Shown here: positions 31,352 to 41,550 of the stretch, piece by piece
Position numbering within the stretch: the first letter of the stretch is position 1
Layout: the number at the start of each line of letters is the position of its first letter
Made by a program: the position numbers and the translations under genes
DNA from: a virus
Reading direction: 5' to 3' (one strand)
Length of the DNA stretch: 64,000 nt
Virus record (IMG/VR): IMGVR_UViG_3300023184_000046
Location: 1 to 64,000 of that record
Notes under the pieces: generated by a model
Databases searched by the model: none
The model's input: only the letters and a program-made list of their open reading frames with translations
What the model was told of the DNA's origin: nothing

Positions 31352-31903
31352 TTATCCTCCAAAATTTAAAATTCTTTTTGCACCAGGCAGATTTACCGTT
31401 TGATAAACTACTTCAAAAGTCATGTCAACATCAAATTTAATAGGCATGTAATTTTCTTCATCACCGAAGAATCCTTGCCAAGCAACATCAGTTGGAAATT
31501 TAACGGTATAGCTTTTTAAAACAACGCATAATTCTAATACCCCTAATAGACCTCCACATTTTATTCTTGCAATAGGAGGCGGACTGACAATTGAGTTTTC
31601 ATTATTATCTGGATAAACTAAAGACTCTAAAATTCTTAAAGAATTTAGATTTTTTTCTGCCATTTTACTGGTCGGAGAAAAAAAGTGTGCTGTCCAGCTT
31701 ATTGATCTAGTTTCACCATGAGAAAAAACTTTAAGAGGAGCAGATCTTCCAATGCCTGTTTCATCTGAATAACTTGCTTGTTTTGAATCTGAAATATCTG
31801 GCAAAATATACATGTATATTTTTTTTAATTCACCAACAACATTTGCTGCTATGTAACAATTATTTAGTGGTTGTAATTCTCCATTACTGTCTGTTGCTTT
31901 CAA
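31352..31903 (-). CDS. Tail tube initiator / CIS-tube-like protein
   Basis: ISDSKQASY...IGRSAP...R.ISW, L.SLVYP, PPPI; TTG start at 31903 with GAGGTG SD (the track's extension to 32080 overlaps the opposite gene). Confidence 0.7.
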   Translation of the reverse strand: MKATDSNGELQPLNNCYIAANVVGELKKIYMYILPDISDSKQASYSDETGIGRSAPLKVFSHGETRSISWTAHFFSPTSKMAEKNLNSLRILESLVYPDNNENSIVSPPPIARIKCGGLLGVLELCVVLKSYTVKFPTDVAWQGFFGDEENYMPIKFDVDMTFEVVYQTVNLPGAKRILNFGG

Positions 31904-31939
31904 TTTTTCACCTCTCGTTGATATAATATAATATATATT

Positions 31940-32665
31940 ATGTCTTTCACTCAAACAAAAATAAAAATTATTATTACTGGTACTGGTAGATGTGGTACTT
32001 TGTATATATCCAAGCTTCTTTCTTTTTGTAATATATTCTGTGGCCATGAAACTATATTTGATCATTCTTCTTGGAATCAAATATTACAAAGAATTTATGG
32101 AAACGAAGAATTAAATTTAAGTAAAATTGCTAAAAAAAATTATGGAGATTATTTAAAAGACAACATTATTGTTGGTGATTCAAGCTATATGGCAATGCCA
32201 TATTTAGACATGAATGTTTTTAATGATTGTTTTTTTGTTCATATTATAAGAAATCCAATAGATGTTATAAATTCATTCTGTCACAATATGAATTATTTTT
32301 ACGATGAACCTTATTCTAATCTTGATGAATTCAACAGAAAATATTTAAATTTTATTTATAAATATGTCCCAGACATTAAAAAATATAAAAATCCATATGA
32401 AAGAGCAGCTTGCTTTTATCTTTATTGGAATGATCAAATAGAAAAAAAGCTAAAAAATAAAAATAAAATTAAAATTAAAATTGAAGAAGTTGGAATTAAA
32501 AAAGATTTAGAAAACTTTTTAAATTTTAACATACCAAAAGAATTTTTAATGTTAGATAATAATATTACAAAAAATATTAATAAATTTAATATAAAATATA
32601 TTAAAGACAAGAAAATAAAAGAAGACATAATTAGTTTTTGTGAAAAGCATGAATATAATTATTAA
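31940..32665 (+). CDS. Sulfotransferase
   Basis: 5'-PSB TGTGRCGT, HE..F, 3'-PB HIIRNPIDVINS. Confidence 0.75.
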   Translation: MSFTQTKIKIIITGTGRCGTLYISKLLSFCNIFCGHETIFDHSSWNQILQRIYGNEELNLSKIAKKNYGDYLKDNIIVGDSSYMAMPYLDMNVFNDCFFVHIIRNPIDVINSFCHNMNYFYDEPYSNLDEFNRKYLNFIYKYVPDIKKYKNPYERAACFYLYWNDQIEKKLKNKNKIKIKIEEVGIKKDLENFLNFNIPKEFLMLDNNITKNINKFNIKYIKDKKIKEDIISFCEKHEYNY

Positions 32666-32949
32666 TGAGAATAAACAATAAGAAAAACTTTAAGAAATAT
32701 ATTAAATCTTGTTTTTTTTGTAATGAAAGTAATTTAAATTTACTTGATGTCCACAGGATTTATGAGGGCTGCAAAGGTGGGGAGTATTGCCACGAAAATG
32801 TTTTGGTAATTTGTGCAAATTGCCATAGAAAAGTACATTGTGAAGAAATAAAAAATATTAAAAAATATAAATCTTATGGTGGCAATAGTTTGTTTCAAGT
32901 AATGTATTTTATTGAAGATAAAGAATATTTTAAACCTTGTGATTATTAA
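32665..32949 (+). CDS. HNH endonuclease
   Basis: CFFC, DVHRI..G..GG, N.LVICANCHRKVH. Confidence 0.85.
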   Translation: MRINNKKNFKKYIKSCFFCNESNLNLLDVHRIYEGCKGGEYCHENVLVICANCHRKVHCEEIKNIKKYKSYGGNSLFQVMYFIEDKEYFKPCDY

Positions 32950-33554
32950 TCACTTAATTTAAATGGAGCTTTTTTCCGTGCGTTATTAAATTTTTCATTA
33001 TCTGGTTTATCTTTTCTACCTTTAATGTGTTTTATACTAAAAGGCTTATCATCCATAGCATTATTATGTTTTTCATTATCTGGTTTATCTTTTCTACCTT
33101 TAATATGTTTTATGCTAAAAGGTTTATTGTCCATAGCATTGTTATGTTTTTCATTATTGTTTCTGGGTTGGTTTGGTTTTAAATGATTTATATTAAAAAG
33201 ACCACCATCTCCAGAAGCATTGTGTTTCCAGTTATCAGTAGGTTTGCCATTTCCTTTTATGTGAGTTATTTTAAAAGGTGGTTTTTCTCCTGCTTTATTA
33301 TGTATTTCATTGTTATCATTTGGTTGTTTTGGCTTTAAATGATTAATTTTAAAAGGATTTTTTTCGCCAATATTATTCCATAAACGATCATCTTTACTTA
33401 TGTATAAAATTGCATCAGCAGAAGCTGGAATAAAATAAGCTGGTGGCAGTAGACATAATCCACCATATCCACATGGATACAGAAGAGTCTTTCCAGCAGT
33501 TGCACCCTCTAATATTTTTTGTTCTTCTTCTTTTAACCATTTTTTAAATATCAT
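32946..33554 (-). CDS. Basic repeat protein with leader motif
   Basis: MIFKKWLKEE leader; about six repeats of ~26 aa, (P)F.I.H(I/L)K...DN.K.N.A. Confidence 0.7.
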   Translation of the reverse strand: MIFKKWLKEEEQKILEGATAGKTLLYPCGYGGLCLLPPAYFIPASADAILYISKDDRLWNNIGEKNPFKINHLKPKQPNDNNEIHNKAGEKPPFKITHIKGNGKPTDNWKHNASGDGGLFNINHLKPNQPRNNNEKHNNAMDNKPFSIKHIKGRKDKPDNEKHNNAMDDKPFSIKHIKGRKDKPDNEKFNNARKKAPFKLSD

Positions 33555-33580
33555 AATGTATTTATTATTTAAATTTTATT

Positions 33581-36500
33581 TTATGTGTAATTAGCTGGTG
33601 CATTCATATTATTTCCTGCGAATGCAGCAGACTGAAAAGCATTTCCGCCTCCTTGTCCGCTTCCTGTTCCACTATTCAAATTAATTGCTCCAGTATTTGA
33701 TGTTGAGGTATTTACATTATTGTTACTTGATTTAGCTGGAGTAATTAAGGCAGCAAGAATTCCTTGCAAGGCAGCAATCATATTTCTTTGTTGCTCTTTC
33801 ATTTTTTCAGTATTTTCTGCAGTTGTTTCTGTTGCTGGATCTGATTGTGGTTTTTGGTTTTGAACATTACTTAGTTCAACTTTAGTTTTCACGCTATCAA
33901 CACTAGTTAAATTTATTGCATTCTTTGCTTTTTCAGCTATGTTATTAGGTAATGCAGAAAGACTGCTTAAGACATTAACAATTCCAGATTGATCATTGAT
34001 ACTCATAATAGTAGTCATGCTATCTGCGATTGATTGTAAAGATTCTTTAACTGTAATTAATTTATCAGCTAGGGTTGACAATGCTTCGTCTGCTGGATTT
34101 AATTTTGTTATTAAGCTTCCAAGACTATCAACTAAATTAATTTTTTCAAAATTACCACCAATTGTTGCGTTCATTGCAGCGAATTTATTAATAAATGGTG
34201 CTAATGCATCTCCTAAATCAGTTGCTAGTTTTAATCTTTTGCTTGCTTGTGCAATAAATGCTATTGGTGGTAATTTTGTAACTGCTGGCAATATAATTCC
34301 GTAGCTTAATGTTTCTAAGAATTTTGGCAAAGTATCTTTTATGCTGTTTATGTTAGATATTGCTGCGTTTAAATTGCTGCCACTTTTTTCTTTTCCCATC
34401 TTTGGAAGTTCAGTATTAATTAATTTAAAGAATACTGGTAGACCTGCAATAAGAGTCTGCATCTGTACAAAACTTGCAGTTGCTTCATTTAGATTTTTTG
34501 ATCCACCAGAAATTCTAGCTGCAAATCGCATAGGTAGAATTATATTTACCAATAATGAATTTAAGAAACTAGAAAATGCATCGCCTTTTCCTAAATCATT
34601 AAGAACATCAGTTGCTTGTTTAAGTCTATCACCACCATTGATATTAGAAGTTGACGCTAAAGTTTTCAATTGTACTTCAATAAGAGTTATTAATCCATCA
34701 TCCCCAGAAATTACTTTAATAATATCTTTAATTCCAGTTAAAGCACCTGATATAAATTGAATATTACTAGCTCTTAACTGGGCACCACCACCAGCAATAA
34801 ATGGATCTAAAATATTATCTTTGAAGAAACTAGGTAACTTTCCAATAATAGAAAATCCTTCTTTTAATTTTGGATTTTCAAACATAGCTTTCATCTTATC
34901 GCCTTGAGTTTCAAAAGACTCTACCCATGTAGTTTTTTCTGGTATACCTGTAGGAAGAACACCAGGTCTTGTTGCATCAAAATAAGCTTGATTTGATGCA
35001 ACAAGTTTTTCTTGAGCTTTTTTTAAGTCAGCGTGAATTTCTCCCCATCCACCTTTAGTTGGTTTTCCTTTGGCATCTGGAGCTTGTGCTAGAGTAAGTT
35101 TTTCCTGAAGGCTTTTAACGGTTGCTTTATCTTTTTTTATGTTTTCGTCAAGTTGATTAATATTATTTGCAAAAAATTCTTCTCTTTGTTTAGAAGTGTC
35201 TTCGTATCTTCCATATACTTCAGTTTTTCCATCTACTTCTCTTGTTTTTCTAACTTGTTTAGTAAAGAAATCTGCTGACTTGTAAAAATTTACCGAGAAA
35301 TCTGTCAATCCAGTGCCTAGTTGTCCTAGAAGATTCATTTTGGCACTAGCTTGTTCAAGTTGAGTTTTGTTTAACGGTAAATTATTTAATTTTTCTGCAA
35401 TTTCTTTTACACTATTTAAAACAGGTATTGCGTTTTCTGTTAAAAACTTAGTCATACCAGAAATGTCAAATGAAACTAATTTTTTCTCTCCTGAATTTGG
35501 TACTGTAGCATTGCCAACTTGTGTTTTCAATGCATTCATAAAGTTATTTAAGTTACTTAATAATTCAATTGCAGATGAAGTTTTTGAATCTATGCTTAAA
35601 CCTTGTATTTTTCCCAAAGACATTATTGCAGACATAAAAGAAGGTTCGACAAGTTTATTCATTTCAACTATATAACTTTTCAAAAATCCCATTCTTTTAC
35701 TTAATTCTGCTGAATCAGTATTTGGAAATGAATCAATAAAGTTTTTCCAAAAATCAGGAGTTTTTTGAATTCCTGTCAATTTACTTAACTCACCAAAAAC
35801 ATCATTAAGTTTTTCCAAAGGTTCTTTTAAATCAGAAAAAACTTCTGACATTTTAACAAAGTCTTTTGATCCAGCCTCAACAAATTGCTTTGAATTTGCA
35901 ACCATATTTTGCAAGGCTGAAATCATACCAGTCATACTCATGCCAATTTTGCCAAATAATTTTGCTCCTCCAACTTCAGGAATTAATTCAAGATTTTTAA
36001 AAAGTTCAGTTGTTGATTTTATAATACCAACATCAAATAAATTTGAAAATTCTGCAATTACTTTCATGCCAGACATTAATCCAAGTAAAGCTACACGGGT
36101 AGCTGCCGTATCATTAACAGATGGTATAATGCTTTTATCTTGAGTAACTTTTGTCATAGCTGTAATTACAGCGAATGATTGTTTTAAAGATTCTTCTATT
36201 TTTGCAGGATTAAGTGGCGAAGTTGCTTCTTGGGCCTTCATTTGAGCTTCAAATTCTTCCTTCGCAGTTTTGTTAGCAGAAAACCATGTTCCTCCTTTAG
36301 TTATACCATAAAGTTGGTTTAGTCCTAGCCAGAAATTACCTTGAGTCATTCCTGAAGCTGAACTTTCAGGTTTTTTAAAAGTAGTTGACATTTTACCATA
36401 ACTCGACATGATATCGCCAACTGCAGAATAAAACTCAGAATAATATTTTGTTCTTGAGCTTATAGAGGCAAGATCCAATACGGAGCTTCCTTCTTCGTTA

Positions 36501-39500
36501 AATATTTTAGCAATTGAAACAGTACTTTGCATTACAGTTCTCAAAGAGTTAACCATTTCTGGGTTTCCAAAAGTATCAGAGAATTCTCTTATCTTTTTTA
36601 TACTTAAATCTTTACCAGAAATTTTTGCAGAATCTATAAATTGATTAAATAAACCAACTACACTTGTTGCAGCATCAGACCCTTCTTTTATATTTTGTAA
36701 ATTTAAATCTTTTAGTTCTTCATATACTTTTGTTGAAATATCATGGATGTTTCTTAGTACTTCGGCTAAATGTGGAGTAATATTTTTCAATACTTTTGAT
36801 GCTTTTGCAAAAGTTGCTTGTGAAGATGAAACTGTTTGGTATTCTTTACTAGAAGTAACTTGTTGGATTTTTGACAAAGCATCAAATAACGGTATTGCAT
36901 TATTAACAAGATTGTACATCATGTCTTTTAATGCATTTGTTTGAGATGTGCTGTTAGCTGCTTGATTTTTTTCTAATTCAACACCAACTATATTTATACC
37001 TTGCATTATATTGATAATGCCTCTAAATTTATTTGCAATTTCGTCTGGTGTATTTACTGGTATGCCAACAAGTTTATTAGACAAGCTTGCAATTGATACA
37101 TAAGCTGGGACAGCACTTCCAAATGATAAAGCAAAATCTTTCAATACAATGCCAGATAATTTATTTGCTTCATTAAATGATTGTAGTTTATTAAGCGATG
37201 ATATTACTTGGGCTGGTGTTAATGCTCCCATGTAAGCAACAATTGCACTATTAGTTGAATTAATTAATGAGAAGTAATGCCTTAGTGTTTCTGATATTAC
37301 AACATTAACATCACCATAATTTTTAATCATACCGCCTGATATCATGCTTACTGCTTCTCCTAGTAAGTAAGCAGATGCACCGATTGCACCACCAACTAAA
37401 CCACCAACGGCAATGCCAGCTAAAGATGCACCAATTAAAGCAACAAACCCAAGTAATTTAGAAAATGGTTCAATAATTGCCATTAATGAATTTAAACTTT
37501 TCTGAATTTGTGCTGGGTTTATATTATTAGATTTAATTGATGCATCCGAAAGATCAGCAATAGATTTTATAAATGGAGGTAAATAATTAGCAGCTGCTGC
37601 AATAATTAATGCTCCTCCTCCTAAAGCAGCAATTGTACCAATGATTCCAATTGGATTCATAAGAGCCATTGCTACATATCCTGTACCACCTATCATTAAC
37701 ACGGATGCAACAAGAGAGCCAATTAACAATGCTCCGCTTGCCATTAAGCTGCCAACATCTTGTGCTGTTTTTCCAACTTTTTCTAAATCAACATTTTGAA
37801 ATGATGCACTAGCAAAATCTGCAAGTGCCACTATGAAGGGGGGTACAAAATAAGCAGCAGCAGCTAAAATTGGTATGCCAAGTGCTAAAGCTAAAAATGA
37901 TTTAGGGTTAATTTTTCGCATCATTTTAGTCATACCTTGCATAGCCATGGTTGCAAGATATACTTCGCCCATCATTACAGTAGCAGCCCCAATTCCTATT
38001 CCTAGATATTTAACTTTACTTAACAAGTCTTCTATTTCGTCTTCAGGAACAGCCTTCATTCCTTTTAATAGTTGGAAACCACCATATAAAAGACCAGCCA
38101 TCACAAGAGTAGAAGCTGCAAATTTTAACCAGCCACCAGCAAAAGTTAATGCTCCTTGTCCTGATTCTCTTCCAAATCTAGACCATGATTTTGTTCTTCC
38201 AGCACCACCGCCAGTAGGACCACCACTGCCACGATCACCGCCACCACCGCCACCACTGCCTCCACCTCCGACATCAGCTGAAGGCTTACCTAAAAATTTC
38301 TGCATAAGTGTTGATGACATTAATTTGCCCATAATAGCTGGCATGAACAATATAGCTGCATTAGCAGCAAGTATGCCAGTAACACCTTGATTTAAAAATG
38401 AACTAAGAGGTCCAGAAATAGCATCTTGGACAGTTGCATTAAGTTTATCAATTCCAAATCTAACTGCATCTATACCTGTTAATGTACCTTTAGCATTAGC
38501 TGCACCTTTATTTTCTGCATCTTTTAAAGTAGACAATAAATCTTGATATGCTTGTGGATCTTCTAGTGCTTTTGCCATTTCAGTAGCAGATATAGAAATT
38601 TCTTTTAATCCAGCTTTGCTTAAAGCAGCATTGACACCAGTTAATGATTTATCAATTGCTTGTCTTATTATGTCTTTGTTTGATCCGCCAAGACCTAAAG
38701 CTTGCAAATCACTTTCGAATTCTTTTCTTCTTGTGCCAAATTTACTGAACGCATCGTTCATAGTTTTGGATGTTTCAGCAGCTTCACTTAAAATTCCAAG
38801 TAAATCTAAATTCTTATCTATTTTTATTTTTCTTTGCTCTTCTAAAATTGCTGATCTTTTTTCAGTGCTAATATTTTTTCCCAATTGCTTGTCTAGATCT
38901 AGTAGTTTATCAGCAAATGTTTTGCCAGATGCTTCTAATGTTTTTAACACTCCTTTTACTTGACCTAATTCAAGATCAAATGAACTTTTAAGAACTAAGT
39001 TTAATTGCATTTTTGCAGAATCTGAAAGTTGATCTATGGAATCTGCACTTTCAATACCGAATCTTTTAAAAACATTGTTAACCCCTTCGGTCAACGACTT
39101 TATTCCTTCCTTACTTCTCGTTAAAGTTCCAGCTTGTAATTCTTCTAATTTTCCAACTGAAGCAGCAGCACTGAACAATAGCATTCTTGTGCCTTCAGAA
39201 GCATCATTAAATAAATTTGTTGTACTTGCAAGTGCTTTATTAATATTATTAAATTCGTCACTAACTCCAAATTTCTCAGCATTTGCACCAAGTTCGGTTA
39301 TGTTTCTTGCAGAAGAAGCAGTTAATGTTGATGCTTTTCTCATGGCATCTACAATACCTTGCGTTGTACTAAGAACTTTTTTAAATGCTTCTCCACTTAC
39401 CCCAGTAGTTCTTGAAACTTCTCGCATGCCTCTGCCTAAATTGGCTATGGAATTTTCATTTAAAACTCCAAATCTATATAGGTCACCAAAAGTTTCTTGC

Positions 39501-40531
39501 AATGAGCCAGCTTCTAGTCCTAATTGTTTTTCTGTATTAAGAGTTGTAGTAGATAAACTTAAAAGTTTTTTCTTATATCTTTCACTATCACCATCATATT
39601 TCACGCCCATTTTTGCAAATTTAACCATTGCTTTTTGGGTTTCTTCTTGTTTAAATCCAGTTAGCTCAACTGTATTCCCAATTTTAGCCATTGATTTAAA
39701 AAGTTCAGTACTTTCTTTTGTTGCTCCAGCAGTCAAATACAATGCTTCTCGCATACTTTGTTCATATTTAAGTTGTGATTCTACTGTTCCTTCAGTTAAA
39801 ACTTGGAGTAAAGATTGATGTTCTCCTATAGCTAACAAATTCTTAGAAACACTTTGTAATTGTGCCATTATCCCTTTGAATGGGCTTTGATTTCCAAAAA
39901 TTATTTCACTTGGTGTTTTTGAGTATCCTCTCATGAAATCTGAAGGATCAAATTTATCTCCTTTTCTTAATCCAAGTAGTCTACTAACAAATGATTGACT
40001 GTCACCTGACATATCTTCAGCTATATTCGATCTTGAACTTGAACTTGAACTTGTTGAAGCTGGTGTAGTAATAGGATTAACAGGAATACCAGTTGGTATT
40101 CCATTTGTGAAAGATGTTAGAATTTGCTGTAATATATTTGTTTGTTTTTCTAATTGATTAGATTGTTCTTTATGAAAGGCTTTCATTAATTGAAACGAGG
40201 CAAGCTTTTTTTCTTCTTTTCTTAATTCTTGTTGTTTTTTTCTTAGATTTTTTATATCTCCAGCATTGATATCTTGAGCCATATTCTCCAATGACTCAGT
40301 CATATCTTTAATGTATTTTTCTTGATCTTTTTGACCTTCTTTAAATCCTTCTCCTATAGCCTTTTCTAAATCAGAAATTAAGCTTGAAAACAAATCTTTA
40401 TTTTGTTCTCGTTCTTTACGATAAGGAGTACTGGCATCAATAGCAATAGCATCTAAACTTTCCTTAAGTTGTCTGACAACTTCAGAAAAATTTTCTCCCA
40501 TTGGTTTTCCAGTTTCATCTACCGTTGCCAT
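33581..40531 (-). CDS. Tape measure protein
   Basis: 2316 aa, Ala/Gly/Leu/Ser-rich helical sequence with a central hydrophobic region, upstream of tube-initiator and baseplate genes. Confidence 0.8.
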   Translation of the reverse strand: MATVDETGKPMGENFSEVVRQLKESLDAIAIDASTPYRKEREQNKDLFSSLISDLEKAIGEGFKEGQKDQEKYIKDMTESLENMAQDINAGDIKNLRKKQQELRKEEKKLASFQLMKAFHKEQSNQLEKQTNILQQILTSFTNGIPTGIPVNPITTPASTSSSSSSRSNIAEDMSGDSQSFVSRLLGLRKGDKFDPSDFMRGYSKTPSEIIFGNQSPFKGIMAQLQSVSKNLLAIGEHQSLLQVLTEGTVESQLKYEQSMREALYLTAGATKESTELFKSMAKIGNTVELTGFKQEETQKAMVKFAKMGVKYDGDSERYKKKLLSLSTTTLNTEKQLGLEAGSLQETFGDLYRFGVLNENSIANLGRGMREVSRTTGVSGEAFKKVLSTTQGIVDAMRKASTLTASSARNITELGANAEKFGVSDEFNNINKALASTTNLFNDASEGTRMLLFSAAASVGKLEELQAGTLTRSKEGIKSLTEGVNNVFKRFGIESADSIDQLSDSAKMQLNLVLKSSFDLELGQVKGVLKTLEASGKTFADKLLDLDKQLGKNISTEKRSAILEEQRKIKIDKNLDLLGILSEAAETSKTMNDAFSKFGTRRKEFESDLQALGLGGSNKDIIRQAIDKSLTGVNAALSKAGLKEISISATEMAKALEDPQAYQDLLSTLKDAENKGAANAKGTLTGIDAVRFGIDKLNATVQDAISGPLSSFLNQGVTGILAANAAILFMPAIMGKLMSSTLMQKFLGKPSADVGGGGSGGGGGGDRGSGGPTGGGAGRTKSWSRFGRESGQGALTFAGGWLKFAASTLVMAGLLYGGFQLLKGMKAVPEDEIEDLLSKVKYLGIGIGAATVMMGEVYLATMAMQGMTKMMRKINPKSFLALALGIPILAAAAYFVPPFIVALADFASASFQNVDLEKVGKTAQDVGSLMASGALLIGSLVASVLMIGGTGYVAMALMNPIGIIGTIAALGGGALIIAAAANYLPPFIKSIADLSDASIKSNNINPAQIQKSLNSLMAIIEPFSKLLGFVALIGASLAGIAVGGLVGGAIGASAYLLGEAVSMISGGMIKNYGDVNVVISETLRHYFSLINSTNSAIVAYMGALTPAQVISSLNKLQSFNEANKLSGIVLKDFALSFGSAVPAYVSIASLSNKLVGIPVNTPDEIANKFRGIINIMQGINIVGVELEKNQAANSTSQTNALKDMMYNLVNNAIPLFDALSKIQQVTSSKEYQTVSSSQATFAKASKVLKNITPHLAEVLRNIHDISTKVYEELKDLNLQNIKEGSDAATSVVGLFNQFIDSAKISGKDLSIKKIREFSDTFGNPEMVNSLRTVMQSTVSIAKIFNEEGSSVLDLASISSRTKYYSEFYSAVGDIMSSYGKMSTTFKKPESSASGMTQGNFWLGLNQLYGITKGGTWFSANKTAKEEFEAQMKAQEATSPLNPAKIEESLKQSFAVITAMTKVTQDKSIIPSVNDTAATRVALLGLMSGMKVIAEFSNLFDVGIIKSTTELFKNLELIPEVGGAKLFGKIGMSMTGMISALQNMVANSKQFVEAGSKDFVKMSEVFSDLKEPLEKLNDVFGELSKLTGIQKTPDFWKNFIDSFPNTDSAELSKRMGFLKSYIVEMNKLVEPSFMSAIMSLGKIQGLSIDSKTSSAIELLSNLNNFMNALKTQVGNATVPNSGEKKLVSFDISGMTKFLTENAIPVLNSVKEIAEKLNNLPLNKTQLEQASAKMNLLGQLGTGLTDFSVNFYKSADFFTKQVRKTREVDGKTEVYGRYEDTSKQREEFFANNINQLDENIKKDKATVKSLQEKLTLAQAPDAKGKPTKGGWGEIHADLKKAQEKLVASNQAYFDATRPGVLPTGIPEKTTWVESFETQGDKMKAMFENPKLKEGFSIIGKLPSFFKDNILDPFIAGGGAQLRASNIQFISGALTGIKDIIKVISGDDGLITLIEVQLKTLASTSNINGGDRLKQATDVLNDLGKGDAFSSFLNSLLVNIILPMRFAARISGGSKNLNEATASFVQMQTLIAGLPVFFKLINTELPKMGKEKSGSNLNAAISNINSIKDTLPKFLETLSYGIILPAVTKLPPIAFIAQASKRLKLATDLGDALAPFINKFAAMNATIGGNFEKINLVDSLGSLITKLNPADEALSTLADKLITVKESLQSIADSMTTIMSINDQSGIVNVLSSLSALPNNIAEKAKNAINLTSVDSVKTKVELSNVQNQKPQSDPATETTAENTEKMKEQQRNMIAALQGILAALITPAKSSNNNVNTSTSNTGAINLNSGTGSGQGGGNAFQSAAFAGNNMNAPANYT

Positions 40532-40554
40532 TTTTTTATTTACCTATTTAATAA

Positions 40555-41043
40555 CTATAAATTAGTAATTTGATCAGCGTTTATGTTTGTTTTCTTATTT
40601 ATTTGATTACTAATATTTGTTCTAATAATTTTAGCTTCTTTTGGATTTACCACTCTTGGAATACCTATTAGTGTCATAAATGAATCACAATCAAAAATTT
40701 TAACGCTTCTCATCCCAGCTTTTTTATATTTTCTAAAAGCTTTTATTATATATCCGCTTCCCTTTACTAAATTGTAGTTAAAAGATGGATTTTCACATGC
40801 GTTAATTTTATTCTTACTTAATAGATTTTTAATATTATAAAAAGTTAACACATGTATGTTTAAACCGCATATATATTGCGGTGTAATTTTTGTAATTATT
40901 ATAGTTGGATAAGGATCATGTTTAAAAAAATCATATTTAAAAGCAATGATTGATCCTTGCTTAATAGTTTTAGGGCCTAATCTTTTAGTTGGTTTACCAA
41001 AATCTTCTGGTAAATCACTTTTGTAAAAAGGATCTTCTGGCAT
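40555..41043 (-). CDS. T4 gp2-like DNA end protector (putative)
   Basis: F.Y....HD.YP.II...GLNIH.L...Y...K.FRKY pattern. Confidence 0.5.
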   Translation of the reverse strand: MPEDPFYKSDLPEDFGKPTKRLGPKTIKQGSIIAFKYDFFKHDPYPTIIITKITPQYICGLNIHVLTFYNIKNLLSKNKINACENPSFNYNLVKGSGYIIKAFRKYKKAGMRSVKIFDCDSFMTLIGIPRVVNPKEAKIIRTNISNQINKKTNINADQITNL

Positions 41044-41546
41044 TAAATTCCAAACTTAGAGAATACTTGGTTTGCATAATCTGTACCAGCATTTCTAATA
41101 ACGATAGCTCCAGCTTTATCTCCGCCACTTTTTCCATCAATAATTTTACCCATTAATTCATCTTCGGCACTTTTAGATCTGCTAAAAAACTTTCTGATTT
41201 CTATGTTTATTTCTTTTATTAGAATTTCTGTTGCTTTAGTTTTATCGCTTTCAATTTCGCAAATTTGATCAAATAGATCGTTAACTTCTAGGCTTCTTGC
41301 TATTCCATATGGCAAAGTATCCTTTGCTTTAGAGACTTGAAAAGACATAGTTTTTCCATTTTCAAAAATTCTAATTCCTTGAAAATCTAAATTTTCCAAG
41401 GGAGCGTGGCAAAAAATATATGGCTTAGATTCTTCGAAAAATTCATCTACTCTTAAACCATCTCTTTCCAAAACTTTTTTTAATAAACCGAGTCTTCTTT
41501 CGGTTTCTTTATGTTTTGCAAAATTAAATTCTAAAAGTGTTTTCAT
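41043..41546 (-). CDS. Hypothetical protein
   Basis: 167-aa ORF coupled to its neighbours. Confidence 0.7.
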   Translation of the reverse strand: MKTLLEFNFAKHKETERRLGLLKKVLERDGLRVDEFFEESKPYIFCHAPLENLDFQGIRIFENGKTMSFQVSKAKDTLPYGIARSLEVNDLFDQICEIESDKTKATEILIKEINIEIRKFFSRSKSAEDELMGKIIDGKSGGDKAGAIVIRNAGTDYANQVFSKFGI

Positions 41547-41550
41547 ATTA

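Noticed and set aside
33996-39818. Multiple plus-strand ORFs of 65-260 aa
   Set aside because: Antisense to the tape measure gene, with no motifs or start signals.
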